Source: a bacterium
Lineage (GTDB): Bacteria > JAMCPX01
DNA: 64,000 bases
Assembly (NCBI GenBank): GCA_037439545.1
Contig: JBBIVV010000003.1
Span: forward strand, 26,104-90,103
Direction: 5' to 3'
The notes under the pieces are model-generated. The model was not told the origin of the DNA, made no database searches, and saw only the letters and a program-made list of their open reading frames with translations. Made by a program: the position numbers and the translations under genes. Positions 51,905 to 61,552 of the stretch are shown here, piece after piece; positions within the stretch are counted from its first letter, which is position 1, and every line of letters starts with the position of its first letter.

Positions 51905-53475
51905 AGGGGTATCTCGCAATCGTTCTTCACTCCCACCTGCCGTATGTCAGGCATCCTGAATACAATGATTTTCTCGAAGAGGATTGGCTGTACGAAGCTA
52001 TCACGGAAACCTATGTTCCACTGCTTGACGTGTTTGATCGTCTGGTGAAGGATAACGTAGATTTTCACATAACCATCAGTCTTACCCCTACACTGCTGGA
52101 GATGCTCGGTGATGACCTATTAATGACACGGTACAGGAGGTACCTGTCGAACCTTATCGAGTTAAGCGAAAAAGAAATGAACAGGACATCGAATGATCCC
52201 GCGATAAACCCTCTCGCAAAGATGTATCATGGACGGTTTATTCATTATAGAAATATGTTCGAAAACAGGTATCATGGGAACATCATAACCGGATTCAAGG
52301 AATTTATGGAGGCTGGATTTGTTGAGATCGTAACATCTGCCGCAACGCATGCCTATCTCCCGCTTATAACGGATGAAGCATGGCAGGATGCGCAGGTGCA
52401 TGTGGGTGTCGACACCTATATCCGCCATATCGGAAGACATCCCGGCGGCATATGGCTGCCGGAGAATGCATACATAGAAGGACTCGATAACGTAGTGAAC
52501 AAGTACGGCATCACGTATACCTTTCTCGATGCGCACGGCATATTGAACGCATCCGTCAGACCACGGTATGGTGTTTATGCCCCTCTTTTATCCGACGCAG
52601 GGGTAAACTTTTTTGGCAGGGACGTGCAGTCGGCAAAACAGGTATGGAGCGCAAAAGAAGGCTACCCCGGTGATTATGATTACAGAGAATTCTACCGGGA
52701 TGTCGGGTATGACCTTGATTTCGAATACGTAAAGCCTTACCTGCACAGTGACGGCTCGCGCTCGAACCTCGGGATAAAATATTACAGGATTACGGGACAG
52801 ACAGATCAGAAGCAGCCTTATGTGCCTCAAAGAGCGCAGAGCAAGGTTCTGGCACATGCGGGCAACTTCTTATTCAACCGCGAAAAACATATCGAATACC
52901 TTTGCAGTATCATGGACAGGAAACCGCTTCTCATAGCTACTTATGATGCAGAGCTGTTCGGACACTGGTGGTTCGAAGGCCCTGATTTTATCGAGCAGGT
53001 TTTCAGAAAAGTGCACGAGATCGACGGACCGGTAAAAACGATAACTCCGGACAGGTATCTCAGGGAGTACCCGGATAACCAGCGTGCACAGCCTTCGCAA
53101 TCGAGCTGGGGTGATAAGGGGTACCATGAAGTATGGCTCAACGGGACGAATGACTGGATATACAGGCACCTGCACATAGCTCAGGACAGGATGAAAGACA
53201 TTATGCATTTATCAGGGGTATCGCTCAAGCAGCAAAGGGCGATTAATCAGGCACTGCGCGAGCTCCTGCTTGCCCAGTCCAGTGATTGGCCGTTCATCAT
53301 GAATTCCGGCACCATGGTGGAGTATGCAAAAAAACGGTTCATCGGGCACATTGCACGGTTCACGAAACTGTATGAGCAGATCAAGGTCAACAGAATCGAT
53401 CACAGGCTGCTTGACGATCTGGAATCCAGGGACAATGTTTTTTCTTGGATAGATTACAGGAATTATATCAGATAG
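51901..53475 (+). CDS. GH57 family (DUF1957) 1,4-alpha-glucan branching enzyme
   Basis: LHSHLPYVRH, EDWLYEAITETY.PLL, GIWLPE, YDAELFGHWWFEGP, RELLLAQSSDW. Confidence 0.9.
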   Translation: MKGYLAIVLHSHLPYVRHPEYNDFLEEDWLYEAITETYVPLLDVFDRLVKDNVDFHITISLTPTLLEMLGDDLLMTRYRRYLSNLIELSEKEMNRTSNDPAINPLAKMYHGRFIHYRNMFENRYHGNIITGFKEFMEAGFVEIVTSAATHAYLPLITDEAWQDAQVHVGVDTYIRHIGRHPGGIWLPENAYIEGLDNVVNKYGITYTFLDAHGILNASVRPRYGVYAPLLSDAGVNFFGRDVQSAKQVWSAKEGYPGDYDYREFYRDVGYDLDFEYVKPYLHSDGSRSNLGIKYYRITGQTDQKQPYVPQRAQSKVLAHAGNFLFNREKHIEYLCSIMDRKPLLIATYDAELFGHWWFEGPDFIEQVFRKVHEIDGPVKTITPDRYLREYPDNQRAQPSQSSWGDKGYHEVWLNGTNDWIYRHLHIAQDRMKDIMHLSGVSLKQQRAINQALRELLLAQSSDWPFIMNSGTMVEYAKKRFIGHIARFTKLYEQIKVNRIDHRLLDDLESRDNVFSWIDYRNYIR

Positions 53476-53553
53476 AAGGATGGTGGGTGTCACGCTCCTT
53501 TGTGCTTGACACATTTTTGGCAGGTTTTACAATGAACCTGACGGGAGGGACCG

Positions 53554-53883
53554 ATGACTGTACAGGCTTCGTTGCAAGAGGACAGGCATACCGGCGGGGG
53601 GATTGATCCCAGGATTGCGAGACTAAAACAACGCTACCACACCGCTCCATATGAGATTTGTATGTGGTGTCATAATATCGAGGGGAAATCCTTCGATCCG
53701 GAATTTTCGTTTAATAAAAAGCAATGCATTGCGAGGACTGTAAATTATAAGGCATGTAAAATAGGAAGTTTGTGTAATGAGCGAAGGTGCGCTCATCGGG
53801 CATACTGTGACGCCGGATCAAACGGGCCGTGCGTCAAACTCTTATTTCATATACTTATTAAGGTCTATCAGACCCTGTTGTGA
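53554..53883 (+). CDS. Small Cys-rich hypothetical protein
   Basis: TTGACA-N16-TACAAT promoter (53506-53533), GGGAGGGA SD, 8 Cys including CMWCH. Confidence 0.55.
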   Translation: MTVQASLQEDRHTGGGIDPRIARLKQRYHTAPYEICMWCHNIEGKSFDPEFSFNKKQCIARTVNYKACKIGSLCNERRCAHRAYCDAGSNGPCVKLLFHILIKVYQTLL

Positions 53884-55200
53884 GCTGCCGACTGTCGCAA
53901 CGATTGTTCTCTTGTACTGGCGGCTTGATACGTCCTTCTCCTCAAGGGACAATTCTTCTATCTGGTTTATCGTGTTGCCCGATGCATCCAGAATGAGTTT
54001 TACGAAGGGCCTTTGCGGGGCTGCATCATTTGCCTTTGAAACAACGCCCACCTCGTTCGTATCAAATCTTACGACAGACCCGATCGGGTATATGCCGATT
54101 GTTTTGATAAATGATTTTACATAATCTGCATCAAAATCTTCGTTCGCCTTTTTTGACAGCAGTTCTATGGATTCCTTTGGATCAAATCTTCTCTGATAAG
54201 GTCTGAGTGTTGTCATGGAATCATAGGTGTCTGCTATGGCTATTATCCTCGAGCCTTCGGGCTGCGATGCTATGCCGTCTGGCGGTGGATATCCGGAAAG
54301 GTCATATCTCACATGATGGTATAAAACGAAATGTGAAGTCGTATCGCTTATGCCGCCAATTTCCCTTATAATGTCTTTTCCGATCACAGGATGTTTTTTC
54401 ATCTCCGTCCATTCATACTCATTCAGTTTTGACGGCTTGAGTATGATTTCCCGCGCAATCCTTGTTTTACCTATGTCATGCAGGATACCGGACAGTCCGA
54501 TATAAAGAAGATCATCGCCCTTGAAATTGAGTTCCTGTGCAAGTGTCAATGAAAGTATACCGACGTTGACGGAATGGTTAAACGTGTACTCGTCATAATC
54601 CTGAAGCATGGTCAGGCACAGGAGGGTGTTTTTATCTTTCAGCATTGCTTCATTCAAATCGCTGATCATCTCTTTTATTTTTGTTTTCTCCGGCAGGTGA
54701 CCGAGCCTTAATTCACTCATCATGTTGACAATCTCGTCCCGTGCTGCCGTGTACGTTTTAAAGGTTTCGAGCTTTACATCTTCTTCTAATTTTTTTATTT
54801 CCAGGCCCCTCACTCCGAGATTCCTGAGCCGTTCAGCCATGCCTTTCTGTTTCTTCAGTTCATCAGGGGGTATGGTTAAGCTCTCTACCAGTATGAGTAT
54901 CTCTTTTTCATTTATTGTCCTGTAAAAGACGATACCGTTGATCTCAAAACTGAGGAGTCTGTCGATGAACTCCTCTATACTTTTTGTCGTTGTATAAAAA
55001 GGGGTCTTCTCGACAAGCAGGGTATTCTTTATAACGGCAAGAACGACCTCTCTGCGCGTTGCAAGCAGCTTATGCAGTATCTCGTTGACCTTTCTCAGGG
55101 CTGTCTGTATCGTGGGGTGCGTCTTCGGATAAAGCGAAAGGTTCTTTACCATTCCCGTAAGCAGTGTTACCATCGTGCCGAATTGTTCGTTGTCAGACAT
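53842..55200 (-). CDS. HD-GYP domain phosphodiesterase
   Basis: DEYTFNHSVNV, LHDIGK, HH.RYD.SGYP, IADTYDSMT..RPY, GIYPIGS. Confidence 0.88.
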   Translation of the reverse strand: MSDNEQFGTMVTLLTGMVKNLSLYPKTHPTIQTALRKVNEILHKLLATRREVVLAVIKNTLLVEKTPFYTTTKSIEEFIDRLLSFEINGIVFYRTINEKEILILVESLTIPPDELKKQKGMAERLRNLGVRGLEIKKLEEDVKLETFKTYTAARDEIVNMMSELRLGHLPEKTKIKEMISDLNEAMLKDKNTLLCLTMLQDYDEYTFNHSVNVGILSLTLAQELNFKGDDLLYIGLSGILHDIGKTRIAREIILKPSKLNEYEWTEMKKHPVIGKDIIREIGGISDTTSHFVLYHHVRYDLSGYPPPDGIASQPEGSRIIAIADTYDSMTTLRPYQRRFDPKESIELLSKKANEDFDADYVKSFIKTIGIYPIGSVVRFDTNEVGVVSKANDAAPQRPFVKLILDASGNTINQIEELSLEEKDVSSRQYKRTIVATVGSSQQGLIDLNKYMK

Positions 55201-56773
55201 TTATTCTTTTCCCGATCTCATACAATGCGTTCCATGTTGTCTCTCTTATACGTGCATTTTTATTTTCCGACAATTTTACAAGATTCGCAATAGCAATCTC
55301 GTTCATCGACAGTGCAAGGGCTTTTATACCAATGAATTTGATGTCGGGATATTGTTTCGGCAGTGATGCCGAGGGCTCAAAAACAGAAGTAATGATCACT
55401 TCCGCTGCATCCTTGCTTCCCAGCTCGCCGAGTATGAGCAGGGCATCCTGTTTTATGGAATAAGGCATAGCCTGGTCGGACATGATATGCTTGATCCTTG
55501 GTATAAAGACCGTCCTCTTATACTTTCCTATCATGCTTATAATCAACCCGAGTACCCTCAGGTCGGAATTTTCCGCGAGAAGCTTATCGATGAAATTATT
55601 GCTGCCCGCAGTGTTCAGCTCAAAAAAAGTTTGCAGTGCCTTTTTTCTGACTCTGATATCGCTGTTCTTTAAGCCGTGGGCTATGGTGTGTTCTGAAGAT
55701 GTTTTAATACTTGCCGCCGTGTCAATGGCTGTAGCTGCCGCCCTGTAGTTGCCGGAAAGGATAACCTTTTCCAAATGAGGGTAAGCGTCTTTCTGGAATA
55801 CCGATAAAGCTCTTGCAATGAATTTCAGGGATTGCATCGTTTCTGTTGCGATCATCGTCCGGACAAGTTCTTTTGCTGCCGGTTCTCCTACAATCTTTAC
55901 GATCTTGATGGATGAGTCAAAATAATATGGATTGCCTGTTACTATAGGCACGATGATCTGTTGCAGCATGTTGTTCTCCGCTGCAATAAGTTCCACATGG
56001 TTTCTCGCTGTTGTGGTAATTTCGCGATTCTTAATATGCTGATATACATGCTGGGTATAGGTCCTTATTGCAATAAGAGGTATGTCGTATTTCTCTATAT
56101 CTACAAGCCTTTTTATGATTGCAATAAGGGCATCGGACAATTCACTGTACCGGGCGGCATTTGTTTCTTTCTCAATAAGGTTTATGAGCTTTACCGCTTC
56201 CTGCTCGTCATCTGTCAGGTCCTGAACAACATTTTCAAGTTCAATATTGTCTTCTCCTGTTTCTGCCTGCTGTTCGGATTCCTTCTCCAGCTCCTCACGG
56301 ATGGTGTCATAATCAACTTCTTCAACATCTATACCTGAAATATTGCCCGCAAAGAGTATCTGCTTAATGCTTTTATCTTTCGGCAGTATAAGTTCACCCC
56401 GGGATACAGCCTGTACAAAGGTCATCAAGTCTTCCGGTTTAAGGGTATTATGAAGTATAAGCGTTTTTATCCGTTTGAAAAATAATAGTCTGGATAATTT
56501 GTCGAACCCGTCGAGTATAGTGTCGTTTACGGAAATATTCCTTCTGTCTATCATATAGATAGCGGAATTTAACGTTTCAAACTGCTTCTTAATAGTATTA
56601 AAGATGCGGGTTGAAGCTATATTCAGATAGCTGTGCCCTTCGGGATAGAAGGAGAACAGTCTCATCAGCTTATCTATCTCTGAAAGAACAGCTATTTCAG
56701 GTATTTTATTCTTTATGTCCATATATATATCACTGTCATACATCCGGTATTCTGCTATAGATGAAAGAATCAT
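55193..56773 (-). CDS. HEAT/PBS-repeat protein
   Basis: Helical repeats (LKNSDIRVRKKAL, ALLILGELG); overlaps the HD-GYP start; true start may be slightly downstream. Confidence 0.7.
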   Translation of the reverse strand: MILSSIAEYRMYDSDIYMDIKNKIPEIAVLSEIDKLMRLFSFYPEGHSYLNIASTRIFNTIKKQFETLNSAIYMIDRRNISVNDTILDGFDKLSRLLFFKRIKTLILHNTLKPEDLMTFVQAVSRGELILPKDKSIKQILFAGNISGIDVEEVDYDTIREELEKESEQQAETGEDNIELENVVQDLTDDEQEAVKLINLIEKETNAARYSELSDALIAIIKRLVDIEKYDIPLIAIRTYTQHVYQHIKNREITTTARNHVELIAAENNMLQQIIVPIVTGNPYYFDSSIKIVKIVGEPAAKELVRTMIATETMQSLKFIARALSVFQKDAYPHLEKVILSGNYRAAATAIDTAASIKTSSEHTIAHGLKNSDIRVRKKALQTFFELNTAGSNNFIDKLLAENSDLRVLGLIISMIGKYKRTVFIPRIKHIMSDQAMPYSIKQDALLILGELGSKDAAEVIITSVFEPSASLPKQYPDIKFIGIKALALSMNEIAIANLVKLSENKNARIRETTWNALYEIGKRINV

Positions 56774-56903
56774 TCCAGTTTAAAGGCTTAATTTATAACA
56801 TATATTAATCACTATGAACAGAAAATGGCAAATCTTATAATATCCTGACAAATATTGACGATACAGTAAAAATGATTAATTTTTAGATCAAAGGAGTAAA
56901 AGT

Positions 56904-58814
56904 ATGGGAAAAGTAATTGGTATAGATTTAGGTACTACTAACTCAGTTGTTGCCTTTATTGAAAAGGGAGAACCTGTCGTTATCCCCAATGAAGAAGGAA
57001 GCAGGCTAACCCCTTCCGTTGTCGGCTTTACAAAAGAGGGAGAGATCCTCGTAGGCCAGGTTGCAAAACGGCAGGCGGTTACCAATGCAGAAAACACTGT
57101 ATATTCTATAAAAAGGTTTATGGGCAGGCGGTACAACGAGGTAACGGAAGAAATGAAGATGGTGCCGTACAAGGTCGTATCCGCTGACAATCAGGATGTA
57201 CGGGTCAATATAAAAGGCAAGCTTTATTCTCCACCGGAGATTTCCGCAATGATCCTGCAGAAGTTAAAGAAAGCTGCCGAGGCATATTTAGGCGAGAAGG
57301 TTACAGAAGCCGTAATAACTGTGCCTGCTTACTTTAACGACAGCCAGCGTCAGGCGACAAAAGATGCGGGAAAGATAGCAGGGCTCGATGTAAAAAGGAT
57401 TATAAACGAGCCTACGGCGGCAGCGCTTGCATACGGGCTTGATAAGAAGAAAGAAGAGGTTATAGCCGTGTATGACTTTGGCGGCGGAACTTTTGATATA
57501 TCCATACTCGAGGTCGGTGAAAGTATTGTAGAAGTGAAATCAACGAACGGGAACACGCATCTTGGCGGAGATAATATAGACCAGCGAATTATAGAGTGGA
57601 TTGTCGGCGAATTCAAGAAAGACCAGGGTATAGATTTGAGCAGGGATGTCATGGCTATCCAGCGTTTGAAAGAAGCTGCCGAGAAAGCGAAGATAGAATT
57701 GTCCTCGACGATGGAATCAGAGATTAATTTACCCTTCATTACAGCCGATGCCTCGGGACCAAAGCATCTTGTGCTTAAATTAAGCAGGGCAAAGCTCGAA
57801 CAGATCTGTATGGATCTTCTGGAGATGAGTTTCGAGCCTATGAAACAGGCATTGAAAGATGCGGGCTTGAAGCCTTCCGAGATTAATGAGGTCGTGCTGG
57901 TGGGCGGACAGACGAGGATGCCCAAGATACAGCAGATGGTCAAAGATTTCTTCGGCAAAGAACCGCATAAGGGAGTTAACCCTGATGAGGTGGTTGCTGT
58001 CGGAGCGGCAATCCAGGGTGCGGTGCTTTCTGGCGAGGTAAAGGATGTGCTGCTTCTCGACGTTACACCGCTTTCACTCGGCATAGAAACGCTTGGCGGC
58101 GTTATGACAAAACTTATCAACCGGAATACGACCATACCGACACGCAAGAGCGAGATCTTCACGACAGCTGCCGACAACCAGACGAGTGTCGAGATCCATA
58201 TATTGCAAGGCGAAAGAGAGATGGCTTCCAATAACAGGACTCTCGGCAGGTTCCAGCTTGTCGGCTTGCCTTCTGCACCACGGGGCATCCCGCAGGTCGA
58301 GGTTACCTTTGATATAGATGCCAACGGCATATTGAATGTGTCTGCAAAAGACCTTGCAACTAGCAAAGAGCAGAAGATCGTAATCACAGCTTCAAGCGGT
58401 CTTTCAAAGGACGACGTAAGTAATATGGTTAAAGAGGCAGAAAAGCATGCGGAAGAAGACAAGCAGAACAAGGAAAAGATCGAGGTTGCCAATAACCTCG
58501 ATAACCTGCTCTATGGGACAGAGAAAATGATAAAAGATAATAGCGATAAGCTGGATCCTGATGCTGTAAAAAATATTCAGTCCGAGATAGAGAAGGCTAA
58601 GTCCGTGCTTCAGGAAAGGGATGTAGATAAGATGAAAACATCTATAGAGCAGATAACGAAGGCTTCGCACAAGATCGCAGAGGATATGTATAAAAAAGCA
58701 TCGGCAGGCGGCGCATCATCCGGACAGGGTCAGGGTGAAGGACAGAAAGATGCTGCGGAAGACCCTTCCAAGAAGGAAGATGTAATAGATGCGGAGTTTG
58801 AAGAAAAAAAATAA
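56904..58814 (+). CDS. dnaK: Chaperone DnaK
   Basis: [33 protein letters not shown]-terminal DVIDAEFEE. Confidence 0.98.
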   Translation: MGKVIGIDLGTTNSVVAFIEKGEPVVIPNEEGSRLTPSVVGFTKEGEILVGQVAKRQAVTNAENTVYSIKRFMGRRYNEVTEEMKMVPYKVVSADNQDVRVNIKGKLYSPPEISAMILQKLKKAAEAYLGEKVTEAVITVPAYFNDSQRQATKDAGKIAGLDVKRIINEPTAAALAYGLDKKKEEVIAVYDFGGGTFDISILEVGESIVEVKSTNGNTHLGGDNIDQRIIEWIVGEFKKDQGIDLSRDVMAIQRLKEAAEKAKIELSSTMESEINLPFITADASGPKHLVLKLSRAKLEQICMDLLEMSFEPMKQALKDAGLKPSEINEVVLVGGQTRMPKIQQMVKDFFGKEPHKGVNPDEVVAVGAAIQGAVLSGEVKDVLLLDVTPLSLGIETLGGVMTKLINRNTTIPTRKSEIFTTAADNQTSVEIHILQGEREMASNNRTLGRFQLVGLPSAPRGIPQVEVTFDIDANGILNVSAKDLATSKEQKIVITASSGLSKDDVSNMVKEAEKHAEEDKQNKEKIEVANNLDNLLYGTEKMIKDNSDKLDPDAVKNIQSEIEKAKSVLQERDVDKMKTSIEQITKASHKIAEDMYKKASAGGASSGQGQGEGQKDAAEDPSKKEDVIDAEFEEKK

Positions 58815-58836
58815 AAAGTGAGGGTGAAAAAATAGT

Positions 58837-59280
58837 ATGGCAATAGCAAAGTGGGACCCGTTTAAAGAACTTACAACGATTCAGGACAGAATTAACAGGT
58901 TGTTTGATGAGAACATAGGGAGGGTAAGGTTTCCCGACATTGAGCTTGCAGCGGGTTCATGGAATCCTGCGGTTGATATTTTCGAGACCAGGGACTGTGT
59001 GGTGCTGAAGGCCGAGTTGCCGGGGCTTGAGAAGAAAGATTTTTCCATAGAGGTAAAAGACAACCTCCTGACACTCAAAGGAGAGAGGAAGTTTGAAAAA
59101 GAGACGAATGAAGAAAACTACTACAGAATGGAAAGGGCTTATGGTTCCTTCGTTCGTTCTTTTACCCTTCCGACAACGGTTGACAAGGACAAGGTAAAGG
59201 CAAAGTTTAAAGATGGTGTGCTTGAAGTTACCATACCGAAAACTGAGGCGACAAAGCCAAAACAGATAGCTATTGAATGA
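58837..59280 (+). CDS. Hsp20/alpha-crystallin small heat shock protein
   Basis: WDPF, W.PAVDIFE, AELPG, ERAYGSF.RSF.LP, DGVLEVTIPK, I.I tail. Confidence 0.93.
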   Translation: MAIAKWDPFKELTTIQDRINRLFDENIGRVRFPDIELAAGSWNPAVDIFETRDCVVLKAELPGLEKKDFSIEVKDNLLTLKGERKFEKETNEENYYRMERAYGSFVRSFTLPTTVDKDKVKAKFKDGVLEVTIPKTEATKPKQIAIE

Positions 59281-59319
59281 GGATTATTGACAATAAGGCA
59301 CGTGAGATCTCTTCCTTCG

Positions 59320-59357
59320 ATCCCTTTTATCCATGCAGGATAAAAGGGATTTTCTTT
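59320..59357 (+). terminator. Intrinsic terminator
   Basis: atcccttttatcc-atgca-ggataaaagggat followed by tttcttt. Confidence 0.75.
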
Positions 59358-59362
59358 ATCAA

Positions 59363-60460
59363 TCAAAAAATCCCGTAGATCAGGCTGTAAAGGGTGATGA
59401 GTAGCCGTGATCTGTGGAGGAAGAAGTAACGTTTGAACCAATTTATATTCGATCGGTAAACCTTGAACCGTCTTATCTTATACGGGTTTCCACCCTTCAC
59501 ATTCGCCCCTTTGTCAGTCGTTATAGAGCCGCTGTATCCCAGTTCTTTCAATAAAATTATGAGTGTCTTGTTGTACTTTCCCCAGGGGAAACAAAAGAAC
59601 GCAGGCTTTATACCCGTATGTCCTTCGATGGTCTGCCTGCTTTTATCTATATCCGTCTTGCACCGACTTCTGTAATTCTCCTGCGACTCATATACGAACC
59701 TCACAGGATACTTTTGCTTGTAGCCGATGTACATACGCTTGAGTGTGTCCATAGACTTACGTTCAGACGGATCAAGATTGTTTTCCCGGACCATATCCAC
59801 CAGATAATCGTTGAGCTTATAATCGCCGGTAAAGTTTTTATGAACAAGATAAGGACCTGTTTTATATTTCACAGAGCCCTGCCGTCTGTCGCCCCATATG
59901 CCCCAGTCCAGCTCAATGCCGGTGTTAAACCCCTGAACAGTATCGTTGATATAGATGCGGTCATGGAACAAGCTGTGATCCTCTATCTCTATAAGCCCTG
60001 ATGCTATCATCAGTTTTAATTCGTCCCAGGTAGCAAATTTATCCCCTGCTTCTTTGTTCGTGCCCATCCTTGACGGATAGCCTCTTACATCCTCCCTGTG
60101 CTGTGCCGCCTCAGACTGGTTTCTTACACCTGAAACGACGAATATGGCGGCCTTCAGATTATATTTTTTCAGAAGGGGAAAGAGATAATGATAATTACAG
60201 TAGAACCCGTCATCGAATGTCAGGACAAAGCTCTTTCTTCTTACCCCGGCCTTCCCGTGTATAAACTCGTACAACTCATGGAGCGATATACTCCGATAAC
60301 CCTTTGAGAGCAGGTATTTCATCTGTGCCTCGAAAACCTCCGGTGATATAGGATCCGTTGGTTCGACGTGATGATAGTATAATACAGGTATCGAGTATGC
60401 CCGGAATTCGAGATACCAGATAATAAGTGCTGCAATGACTGTAATTATTATAGCGGTCAT
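59363..60460 (-). CDS. Polysaccharide deacetylase family protein
   Basis: PVLYYHHV, LTFDDG, DHSLFH, FPWG. Confidence 0.85.
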   Translation of the reverse strand: MTAIIITVIAALIIWYLEFRAYSIPVLYYHHVEPTDPISPEVFEAQMKYLLSKGYRSISLHELYEFIHGKAGVRRKSFVLTFDDGFYCNYHYLFPLLKKYNLKAAIFVVSGVRNQSEAAQHREDVRGYPSRMGTNKEAGDKFATWDELKLMIASGLIEIEDHSLFHDRIYINDTVQGFNTGIELDWGIWGDRRQGSVKYKTGPYLVHKNFTGDYKLNDYLVDMVRENNLDPSERKSMDTLKRMYIGYKQKYPVRFVYESQENYRSRCKTDIDKSRQTIEGHTGIKPAFFCFPWGKYNKTLIILLKELGYSGSITTDKGANVKGGNPYKIRRFKVYRSNINWFKRYFFLHRSRLLITLYSLIYGIF

Positions 60461-61530
60461 AAGGTCGATTGAAACAGTTTTTCTGTTTTCAGCGATACGA
60501 CCTCGACTGAAAAATCATTCACGACAGTCTGGCGTGCACGCACAGCGAGTTCCTGCGCCCGGGAAGGATTATCGAGGAGATTACAAACAGCAGTTGCAAG
60601 TGCACCGGGTGATGCCGGTGGAACAAAAGTTCCGTTCTCATCATCCCTGATAATATCCACCATGCCTCCTGTTTTACTCACCACGACGGGTTTTTGCATT
60701 GCCATTGCTTCAAGCAATGAAGTCCCGAGTCCCTCAACTATTGAAGGGAAGACAAACACATCCATGGCTTTAAGGTATGGTCTGACATCATTCTGGAACC
60801 CTGCAAATTCAATCTTGTCCCTTATGCCAAGGCTCGTTGCAAACTCGACAAGCTCGAGGTCGTTTTCATTCACACCGACATCCACAAAGAATGCATCGGG
60901 ATACCTCTTGAGTATCATGGGTATTGCCGAGAGAAAGTACCGGTGCCCTTTCTGCCTGTTGGCATTGCCGACTGTCCCTATAACAGGCCTGTGTGTTCCC
61001 ATACCATGTGCAGGAAGGACATTTGACGGATTAAAATACGCACTATCAATGGCATCGGGTATTACCTCGATGGTTCGTTCATGAACACCTGTTTTGATAA
61101 GGCTTTGCTTCACGTCATTTGATATGGCTATTACACGATCCACGAACCATTCATACTTTATTTTCGCAGAGATCCTCGAGGGTATGCCGTAGGGCACCCT
61201 TCTTGTTACAAAGAACTTTGCATGTACCGATAAAAGGTTTGCGATCATCGTAATGGTATGTGCCGTGGGCCTGTGGACATTGATGACATCAAACATATTC
61301 TTCTTTAAGAACCGTGCCATGCCGAGCATGGTAACTATGTCCGCCTCTTTATTCATCCTGAAATAGTGCACATCGAATCCTTCCGAAGCCAGCCTTTTAC
61401 CGAGTTCACTATTGTTTGATGTTGCAACGGACACCGTATTTCCCGTCCGTTTTAAACCCTTTGCAAGCATGTACACCTGATATTGTCCGCCACTCCAGCC
61501 AGTAGATGATGTGGCGAGAAGGATCTTCAT
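60457..61530 (-). CDS. GT4 glycosyltransferase
   Basis: GWSGGQ, KGH, FVFPS..EGLG.SLLEAMA..KPVV. Confidence 0.9.
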   Translation of the reverse strand: MKILLATSSTGWSGGQYQVYMLAKGLKRTGNTVSVATSNNSELGKRLASEGFDVHYFRMNKEADIVTMLGMARFLKKNMFDVINVHRPTAHTITMIANLLSVHAKFFVTRRVPYGIPSRISAKIKYEWFVDRVIAISNDVKQSLIKTGVHERTIEVIPDAIDSAYFNPSNVLPAHGMGTHRPVIGTVGNANRQKGHRYFLSAIPMILKRYPDAFFVDVGVNENDLELVEFATSLGIRDKIEFAGFQNDVRPYLKAMDVFVFPSIVEGLGTSLLEAMAMQKPVVVSKTGGMVDIIRDDENGTFVPPASPGALATAVCNLLDNPSRAQELAVRARQTVVNDFSVEVVSLKTEKLFQSTL

Positions 61531-61552
61531 TGCTTTGAATGCATTTTTAGGG

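Noticed and set aside
57350..58492. 380-aa ORF antisense to dnaK
   Set aside because: Well-known shadow ORF caused by codon bias on the dnaK antisense strand; it has no independent motifs.
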